Below are positions 1 through 7,151 of a stretch of DNA of 64,000 nt, in pieces. Source of the stretch: Synechococcus sp. (GTDB lineage: Bacteria > Cyanobacteriota > Cyanobacteriia > Thermostichales > PCC-7336); contig JBFRWN010000013.1 of the NCBI GenBank assembly GCA_051439605.1, positions 32,001 through 96,000 on the forward strand, read 5' to 3'. Numbering within the stretch: position 1 is the first letter of the stretch; each line of letters opens with the position of its first letter. The translations under genes and the position numbers were made by a program. Below the pieces are notes generated by a model, which saw nothing but the letters and a program-made list of their open reading frames with translations, did not search any database and was not told where the DNA came from.

Positions 1-351
1 GCGGGCAACATAATCGGTAGATTTTCCTTTCTTCCGATCTCCAGTCTCATCAATACAGAGTATGAAGCTCTTACCTTGAAGAGCTTTCTTGAGTAACTCC
101 AAACGGTGATTCTGTAAAGATTTTAAATCCCATGGTGATTCAGTTAAAAAGTGATGCAATCCTTGAGCGTTTCGTAAGCCAACCGCCTGAGAAATAGCAG
201 GGAGGGTCTTACGTTTGAGCTCTGAGACCAGACCTATATGTAAATATTTAAAATGTTCAAAGCTTCTGACATCTGGAAACACTTCACGGTAAAGATCGCA
301 ATATTGGTCAATGCAGCCTACTGTCTAGGCTGCAGCTCTTGCTACACCCAT
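1..351 (-). pseudogene. IS701-family transposase, 5' part (runs off the window edge), with in-frame TAG at codon 9
   Basis: Manual translation from ATG at 351: MGVARAAA*TVGCIDQYCDLYREVFPDVRSFEHFKYLHIGLVSELKRKTLPAISQAVG...LHHFLTESPW...ILCIDETGDRKKGKSTDYVAR. This is typical of cyanobacterial IS701 transposases (IDETG-x-KKG motif). The TAG is at 325-327. Confidence 0.85.
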
Positions 352-550
352 TTTGCCTTCCTCTCTGTATGATCATTTTTCCTTAATTATGACTGACTTG
401 ACAGAAGAGGGATATAGTAATCATTCTTGATTTCAGAGAAGCTTATAGCCTAGAAGCCCTATCCAGTAATCATTTGAGAGGTTTTGTTTCTCTAGCATCA
501 GTTCCGATTGCTATAGGGCTACCAAGTCACTTAAGTCAAAGAATATTTAA

Positions 551-1555
551 TTAGATCCGAGCCAAGTATCTATCCCTAATAGCATTGACACTAATTCCTT
601 TGAATTGCTCGCCAAACAAATTAGCTTTTGACCAAACTCTATTAGCATTGGCATACTTTATTTCAAGGCTTTTAATAAGTTTTACTGTATCCTTTTTAGA
701 GTTTTTTCTCTTGAGGTGAGTCCAATATCTCGCAGTATCAACGATGACAGATTTTATGGTTTCTAAATCTATAAATGCATTTATTTTTTCGGATAAACTT
801 TGGCTTCCAATCTGTTCACCAAATGCCTCCCAATATTTAGTCAGAAATATTTCTTCCTGCCTTTGTATATACCCAATCTTGTAAAGGTGAGAGGCGATAT
901 CGTACTCTAAGGGGACAAACTTAGCTAATTCCCAGTCAATCAGAATCAATTCCTTTCTCCCGGAAAAAATTGTATTTTTCCGATGAGCATCGCAATGGGC
1001 GAAGACCATGTCTGTATTGACATATTCGCCATGGATGCTATTCGGGATCAAGCTTTCTCGTGGAGGGAATGACAAGTCCCGGAATAGGTCTTCAAACTCA
1101 GCAAAAAAGCGATCGTACAAATCTAAAATGTGTTGCTTGACTGAATCAATAGTTATGGATGGCTGTTTGCTTTTTGCTGACAATTTCACATCCAGTTGGT
1201 GGATAGAAGCCATTTGCCTTGCCATTTTGGCAGGCACCCAATCGGGCAAAGGCTCAGGACGCGTATATGCATCCTCCAAAACGATTCCATCCATAAACTG
1301 ATGAACGGCAAACCCTTTCCCTTCGTAAATAAGACGAGGGGCATTGAAATTCAGTTCTTCAAGACATTTCAAAACTTCGCTTTCATCCAAATGCATCTCG
1401 TCCACAACAACAGCATCTGGATTCGGAACCCTGACTACATATTTCGTTCCGTCGTGTTCAACGATGTAGTTCGTATTGTAATAACCCTGCTTAACGGTGT
1501 GGTCCCAAGAAGCCGGAACCTGCAAAAACTCGTATACCCAATCAAAATTCGACAT
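551..1555 (-). CDS. APH/choline kinase-like phosphotransferase
   Basis: GYYNTNY-type loop, YVVRVP, Brenner motif HCDAHRKN and IDWE metal-binding motif. ATG at 1555 lies 7 nt after the MFS stop codon. Confidence 0.85.
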   Translation of the reverse strand: MSNFDWVYEFLQVPASWDHTVKQGYYNTNYIVEHDGTKYVVRVPNPDAVVVDEMHLDESEVLKCLEELNFNAPRLIYEGKGFAVHQFMDGIVLEDAYTRPEPLPDWVPAKMARQMASIHQLDVKLSAKSKQPSITIDSVKQHILDLYDRFFAEFEDLFRDLSFPPRESLIPNSIHGEYVNTDMVFAHCDAHRKNTIFSGRKELILIDWELAKFVPLEYDIASHLYKIGYIQRQEEIFLTKYWEAFGEQIGSQSLSEKINAFIDLETIKSVIVDTARYWTHLKRKNSKKDTVKLIKSLEIKYANANRVWSKANLFGEQFKGISVNAIRDRYLARI

Positions 1556-1562
1556 AGGGCAT

Positions 1563-2723
1563 TTACCGAAACTTTTGCTTCGCAACTCTAGCCAGCGGCT
1601 TCCAAAACAGCAGAGTCGTCGCCGAAGCGCACAAAAAAGGCAGCTGACTCAACGCCGGTAACAAAACAGTGGCCGTCACCAGACAAGTCCCGCCCATCTT
1701 AATCGCCACCTCCCTTAATGTAATCCAGCGCCGAAAGTCAGCCGAAGCCTTCGCCCGAGACATAAACCCCGAAAACATCGGCACTTCAAACAATGGACGC
1801 ACCAACCCGGCCCCCGCCGACAGCGAGAAAATCCAAATTGGACTGTAAGTCACCGCCCGCCCCAACCACAGCAGTCCGTAGATCGACAACGCGATCGCCG
1901 CCGGACGCCACCACCGCTTCAAATCCGTCAGCCTGCCAATCGCCAAATTCGAAACCACCACCCCCAACTTGATCGCACTCGCCGCAATTCCCACCTCAAT
2001 CAACCCAAGAGAATTCTGGAAGATATACAACGCCCAAAACACCTCCGCCGTATCCCAAATCCCCGTCAGCCCGTAGGAGTACAAAAACGTCGAGAACGAT
2101 GCCGCTGGCTGCAGTTGCTGCGGTTCTTCCCGAACGGGAACGCTCTCGACCCGTTCTAGCTCTTGGCGATCGCCAAATCCAGGCAAGTACAGCGAGGCGA
2201 TCGAAACCAGATAAATCCCTACCGCAATACTCGCAACCACCCCAATCCCTACGCGAGTCAGCAACACCCCACTCAGCACCGGCGCGATCGTCCCCCCCAC
2301 AATCGCCGCCACCCGAAACCGACTGACCGCCCTGCCAATCTTCGAAGTCGGAGCCTTTACAAACGCAAAATGCAGCGGCACCCAATAAAACGCATTGGCC
2401 GCAGCAGTGGTCAGCGCCAGCCCCGCCATCAACCGCCAATCCTGCCACCCGCTCGTCAGCAACGCCTGCGTCCCCAGCACTGGAATCAACCGCAGCAGCA
2501 AAGCCACAATCGGCCAGCGACAAATGCGCTCGTACAAGCTCAGATTCAGGAGCGATTGCAAGCAGTAATAGCTCAACAAAAAGGCAATACAAGCATTCAA
2601 AGACCCCGTCTGCTGGTAAATCAGCACGGGCACAAACACCTTCAGCAACCCATCGCCCAACGAATTCCAGAAGCGATGCAGGCATAGGTTTTGAATTGCA
2701 ATCTGTCGATCCACAGAACTCAC
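1563..2723 (-). CDS. MFS-type membrane transporter
   Basis: Many hydrophobic segments and an MFS motif-A-like IGRLTDLKRWWR. The probable GTG start at 2723 overlaps the STAND TGA (GTGA) and has a purine-rich RBS upstream. The ORF track extends the start to 2816. Confidence 0.8.
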   Translation of the reverse strand: MSSVDRQIAIQNLCLHRFWNSLGDGLLKVFVPVLIYQQTGSLNACIAFLLSYYCLQSLLNLSLYERICRWPIVALLLRLIPVLGTQALLTSGWQDWRLMAGLALTTAAANAFYWVPLHFAFVKAPTSKIGRAVSRFRVAAIVGGTIAPVLSGVLLTRVGIGVVASIAVGIYLVSIASLYLPGFGDRQELERVESVPVREEPQQLQPAASFSTFLYSYGLTGIWDTAEVFWALYIFQNSLGLIEVGIAASAIKLGVVVSNLAIGRLTDLKRWWRPAAIALSIYGLLWLGRAVTYSPIWIFSLSAGAGLVRPLFEVPMFSGFMSRAKASADFRRWITLREVAIKMGGTCLVTATVLLPALSQLPFLCASATTLLFWKPLARVAKQKFR

Positions 2724-5700
2724 TCCCCTTCCCCTCGGCTGCGGTCGTGCCGTTCTATCAGTTTTCGCATATTCGGAAAATTCTCCAGGTATGGAATCTG
2801 ACTGATGCGATCGCAACCCGCATAATCCGCTTCCCCCCCCAAAGCCCGAGCTGCCGAGATAGTCAGGTCGTAGGCCCGCAACCGCAACGAGGGATAAATT
2901 CGCTCCGATTTAAAGTACCGACTGGCCGCCAGCGCCGATTCCAGCGCCGTATCGAACAAGCCCAGCTGCAATGCAGCCTCCGAAATCAACATCCGACTGC
3001 GAGCCATCCCCGACCCGTACCCCACCTCGCCCAGCAAGCGTTCAGCCTCTCGCCCCAGCTCCAAAGCCCGCTCCGCACAATCGTTCATCAGACTCAACTT
3101 GGCCTCGATGATGGTACTCTTCCCCAGCTCCAAACTCGCCCCACAGTCGCGGCCTCGCTGGCGAATCTCCCTCAACAGATCGGGAACCACATCTGCGTTC
3201 AGGTAAAGCTCCACCTGAGCCAGACTGTTTAGCGCCTCCACAATCTTCTGCGGTCGCCGCACCTGCCGAAACAACTTCAAACTCCGCTTGAAAGACTGCC
3301 TCGCAGCAGCAAAATCCCCCGTGATGTAATCCACCTGCCCAAACAACCGCAGGATCGTCGCCTGAAATCTCCTGTCTCGCTTCTCCTCCGCGATCGACTG
3401 CAGTTCGGTCAACCGCGATCGCGCCGCCGGAATTTTCCCCACCACGTATTCCAAATCCCCCAACGCACACTGACTCTGCATCCAAGTCTTAAACTCGGAC
3501 TCCTGCGAGAGATGGGCCAGCGCCGATTGATAGCTGCGCATAGCTGGCGCGTGCTTACCGCTTACCCTCAATCCCTCCGCCAGATGGTAGTGGGCCATCC
3601 CCTTCAATTCCGTCGGCAACTGCTTCTCCTTCAACAACTGCCCCGATAGCTCGATCAGGCGATCGGGCTGCGATGCCAGTGAACTCTGCTTCAGTCCCCA
3701 AGCCAACTGAATCGACCGCAGATTGAGATAGCTCCCCGAGCAAAACTCAACCACTCGCTCCGCCACACGATCGACCTTGCATTCCAGCAAGTCAAACCCA
3801 ATCCCCATTAGCGTAGATGTAGCAATCCAATCCTCGTGACTCCCCAAACACCTCAGGAACTGCTCCACCTTTGAAGACAGCGAGTCCCGATCCAAAACCA
3901 AATTCACCACCGTCTCCACCGTCCCCCGCTTAAACAGCTCCGGCCTGCCAACAATCGCCTCTGTCAGCTGCTCCCCAGCTTCAGCCTGAATCAGGTGATA
4001 GGGCATGTACCGCTCTAAGTAGTCGTTCCAAACGTGGCGATCGCTCGGCGAATAATCCTCCCACTCGGCAGCTAGGGTTGCGGCGATCAACTGGTTGCCC
4101 CGTTTCGCAGAAATGTAATAGTCGGACCCCCTCACCTCCTGTCCCGTCAGCCAATCCATCAACGACTTGTGAAAGAAGGTATAGCTGCGCTGCCCATCCG
4201 CTCCCTCCCGCTCGTGCAGGTACGCAGACAGTTCCCGCAACACCGGATACAGTTCGTCCTCTAAATCGAGATGCGTCACTGTGGCCAGTTGTACGTCGGT
4301 CAGCGGTTCCCGAGCCGCCGCGATCGCCTGCAGTACCTTCTTGGCCGTTGCGAAGCGCTGTCGGTCTGGAAATTGCCTCTCGAAGTATTCCAGATAGAGA
4401 CCCGACAATCCGGGGGGCAGCAAATCGAGTCGTTCGAAACTGTATCGCCGGTGCTCGATGCCCTCCAGCACCTGCTGGACGTACAGGATGTTGCCGTTCC
4501 CTTTTTGGCGCAGAGTAGCTTTCACAAACTCAAGGGTCTTTCCGCTCTGTTCCAGCAGGACGGACAATATCGAGCCTTCGATTCGACTCTCGATATACTC
4601 ATCGATATCCCGCAGATTGCGCTCGTCACTAGCCCGAATCTCCGCCATGCCTGAACGACTGAAGCGCAGCATCACATCTGCATCGCAGCGAGTTGTGACC
4701 AACACCCTTAACCAATCGGGAATGCGATTCAACCGAGACGTCAGTATCCCTGCTATCGTCCGATTAACGCTGTCCCTAAACCGAGTCACCGACTCGTCCA
4801 GTCCGTCAATGATGATGTAGCGGATATCCCCTTCACCAGGACACGCGGAAGTCAAGCAATTCAGCAAGCCATTCTCAAACGCCCCCGCCGGATTGGTCTC
4901 GCAATTTTCCTCGCTCAACGCCTCCTCAACCGCCGGATTTGCCAGACATGCAGCATATCCATCCAGTTGCTTGGCGATCGCCCCAGCCAGACTGCGCACA
5001 AATCGTCCCGGCGATAGCGTTTGCTCGTTATCCGCCTGGCAGAAGTGATAGGCCAGAACGCGATCTCCAGCATTTCGATGCACGAACTCAGCCGCCAGAG
5101 CTGTCTTCCCTGATCCGGGATCCCCCGTCAGCAAAAGCACCTGCTCGCCCGATTGAATAAACCGATTTTCGATCTCCTCAAACAGCCACTCCCGCCCGGT
5201 AAAGAACCGCCGCTTTTCCGACAAGAACGCCGAAAAGCTCAACGGCTGTAGGGACTGCTCCCACCAACCACTAGAAGAGGCGCGATCCTCTGCCGTCCTT
5301 TCCCTCAATCTCCGAGGCTTCTGGGAGGTCTGCGGCCACTGCTTTTGAATCTCCTCCAGATTCCTCTGCTTCTCTCGATAGGGATACCAGAGCCTCAACG
5401 TAAAATGCGGAGAATTGTTGGTATGGATGCGATTGTCATCCAACACCTTCAATGTATGTTCCAAATGGAAGAGCGCGTCGTTCACCTGAGTGCGATCGCG
5501 AAACGTCCTCTCCCCCTTCGATCCGCTCTCAACCCTTTCCTCGTATCTCCCCGCCAGCCCAATCAGCGCCGACATGGAGGCATTCACCACCAAACACCGT
5601 TCGTCGGAAGATCGCACATCGACCTTTTTGCCCAAAAAACTCCGCAGCTCCCCAGCCAAATTCTCGTTTGCATACGCCAGCAAAGCACCGACCAGCACTT

Positions 5701-5752
5701 CAACCCGTCGTTTCGGGACATCCCCATAGGTGCGTCTATCCTGGCGTGGCAT
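2720..5752 (-). CDS. STAND (NACHT-like) NTPase with N-terminal domain of unknown function and C-terminal TPR-like repeats
   Basis: FTGREWL pre-P-loop, Walker A GDPGSGKT, YHFC, Walker B IIIDGLDE, VLVTTR sensor, FFHKSL winged-helix motif, and a TPR-like helical C-terminus (AHYHLAEGLR, ALGDLEY, ALNSLAQV). Confidence 0.88.
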   Translation of the reverse strand: MPRQDRRTYGDVPKRRVEVLVGALLAYANENLAGELRSFLGKKVDVRSSDERCLVVNASMSALIGLAGRYEERVESGSKGERTFRDRTQVNDALFHLEHTLKVLDDNRIHTNNSPHFTLRLWYPYREKQRNLEEIQKQWPQTSQKPRRLRERTAEDRASSSGWWEQSLQPLSFSAFLSEKRRFFTGREWLFEEIENRFIQSGEQVLLLTGDPGSGKTALAAEFVHRNAGDRVLAYHFCQADNEQTLSPGRFVRSLAGAIAKQLDGYAACLANPAVEEALSEENCETNPAGAFENGLLNCLTSACPGEGDIRYIIIDGLDESVTRFRDSVNRTIAGILTSRLNRIPDWLRVLVTTRCDADVMLRFSRSGMAEIRASDERNLRDIDEYIESRIEGSILSVLLEQSGKTLEFVKATLRQKGNGNILYVQQVLEGIEHRRYSFERLDLLPPGLSGLYLEYFERQFPDRQRFATAKKVLQAIAAAREPLTDVQLATVTHLDLEDELYPVLRELSAYLHEREGADGQRSYTFFHKSLMDWLTGQEVRGSDYYISAKRGNQLIAATLAAEWEDYSPSDRHVWNDYLERYMPYHLIQAEAGEQLTEAIVGRPELFKRGTVETVVNLVLDRDSLSSKVEQFLRCLGSHEDWIATSTLMGIGFDLLECKVDRVAERVVEFCSGSYLNLRSIQLAWGLKQSSLASQPDRLIELSGQLLKEKQLPTELKGMAHYHLAEGLRVSGKHAPAMRSYQSALAHLSQESEFKTWMQSQCALGDLEYVVGKIPAARSRLTELQSIAEEKRDRRFQATILRLFGQVDYITGDFAAARQSFKRSLKLFRQVRRPQKIVEALNSLAQVELYLNADVVPDLLREIRQRGRDCGASLELGKSTIIEAKLSLMNDCAERALELGREAERLLGEVGYGSGMARSRMLISEAALQLGLFDTALESALAASRYFKSERIYPSLRLRAYDLTISAARALGGEADYAGCDRISQIPYLENFPNMRKLIERHDRSRGEGE

Positions 5753-6003
5753 GACCGACCTCAGCCTCTCCCCAGATATTCACAATCGAGTCAAAAAAGT
5801 GGTGGGTACCCCCCACTCATTAACTCAACTCAACGACTCCAACCTTTGCCCCGCAAGCCATTCAGCTGCCGCGAACCAGCATTTGACCGGGGGCTCCCCC
5901 CCACGAGTACTGTGCATAGAAATCGCTGTTGATGCCTCAGCTTCGACTGATGCCATCAAACCGTCAATAGGAGCAATACGTAACTACGATGTTTTTTCTG
6001 TAC

Positions 6004-6180
6004 CTAGGACTTCTCTTTCCCCTTCGACCCAGAGGTTTCCTTTTTGTCCACCCACTCCTGAATGAAGTCCACCAACACGGAATTCATACTGATGCTCTCC
6101 AGAGCGCACAGAGATTTAAACCGAGCCCTGAGAGATTCGGGTAGATAGACCTTAATCGAAGTGTTTTTATCTGCAGTCAA
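6004..6180 (-). CDS. Small ribbon-helix-helix (ParG/CopG-like) DNA-binding protein, 58 aa, absent from the ORF track
   Basis: Manual translation from TTG: MTADKNTSIKVYLPESLRARFKSLCALESISMNSVLVDFIQEWVDKKETSGSKGKEKS*. It has a beta-strand (IKVYL) plus two helices (LRARFK..C..E..SM..VL..FI..WV), the ParG-like RHH pattern. Confidence 0.75.
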   Translation of the reverse strand: MTADKNTSIKVYLPESLRARFKSLCALESISMNSVLVDFIQEWVDKKETSGSKGKEKS

Positions 6181-6204
6181 CAATGCACACGCTGTCTATG
6201 CCTC

Positions 6205-6290
6205 TTGACCATTGGAGCGCGTTGACCACCATTCGGCAATATCGACAAAGGTACTTATCCCTTTGTCGATATAGAGATATCATTTGACCA
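6205..6290. promoter_or_regulatory. Perfect 13-bp inverted repeat plus three TTGACCA direct repeats (candidate operator or origin)
   Basis: ATATCGACAAAGG-N8-CCTTTGTCGATAT at 6239-6272. TTGACCA at 6205, 6222 and 6284, just upstream of the RHH gene. Confidence 0.55.
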
Positions 6291-6578
6291 GCTTCAAAAC
6301 CCTGTTCGCGCTGGAGCGATCCAGAGGGTTGTCCTACGTTCATTGTTAGAGAGATCCGCAAGCGCTGCGTATTGGAAGGCAACCGACCGGCCTAACTCTC
6401 CGCTCCGATAGCGCAGCCTGCATTTTCTAAAGCTTCAATTGCCCAGACAGCGATTCATTCCTAAGCCTGCACAACAGGCTCTGGCAAATCTGACTGGCAG
6501 AAAAACACACCGGAACGTTTTCCGGCCGCTTTTGCATCCAATTTTTTCCAGCCCCAATTCTTAGAGAGGGTTGCAGAT

Positions 6579-7037
6579 ATGAGATCGCAATACTGTAGTA
6601 AGCATCCACCTTCCCCACGTTCCTCCGATCTGGACCGAGGAGTGACGCTAGATGCTCTTCGCTTTTGGTATCTCTCCGCAGAATTCATGGGTCGTGAGCT
6701 GAACTATCTTCTGGAAATCAACTCCATCGTTAGTCACTTTCTCCAAGGCTCCGACCTCAGGCCTGAAGAACGCTCCGACATGAAATCCTTGATTGACGAA
6801 GCCCTAAAGCGATGGCTGCAATGCGCGCGATCGCTAGATCGACCAGAACACCACATTCAAGAAATCCTGCAGCTCAAGCGAGCTAGCGCCAATTCGGATT
6901 TCAGCCGGTTGAACAAGGAGGCATTCATCTCCCTCAAGCGGGATATCTCGGACGAGTTTTCCAAGTACGCGGGCAAGCGACTAAACAGCCGCTCCGCCCA
7001 ACGAAAAGTCTGCAAAAAACGCCATATCAACCTCTAA
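6579..7037 (+). CDS. Hypothetical protein of the integrative element
   Basis: 152-aa helical-looking ORF, co-oriented with and directly upstream of the primase-helicase. No motif recognised. Confidence 0.55.
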   Translation: MRSQYCSKHPPSPRSSDLDRGVTLDALRFWYLSAEFMGRELNYLLEINSIVSHFLQGSDLRPEERSDMKSLIDEALKRWLQCARSLDRPEHHIQEILQLKRASANSDFSRLNKEAFISLKRDISDEFSKYAGKRLNSRSAQRKVCKKRHINL

Positions 7038-7151
7038 TCCCCTTCCAATCTCTGACTGAGCCACAGCCCCAGGCGGTTACTGGCTCCAACCTTGCCATCC
7101 AAGCTTTCCAGCTCTTCGAGTCGTTCCACCAGCTTTTGAGGACTCGTCCAA

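Noticed and set aside
420..545. Possible additional IS end (CCAAGTCACTTAAGTCAA) between the IS701 fragment and the kinase
   Set aside because: It resembles cyanobacterial IS termini, but no partner IR or transposase is in the window.
2724..2816. Longer MFS start given by the ORF track
   Set aside because: It would overlap the STAND C-terminus by 97 bp. The GTG at 2723 with an RBS and GTGA coupling is more plausible.
1996..5932. Long alternative-frame and antisense ORFs over the MFS and STAND genes (e.g. 1996-2685, 2696-3232, 5345-5932)
   Set aside because: These are low-complexity shadows of GC-rich, strand-biased real genes and carry no motifs.
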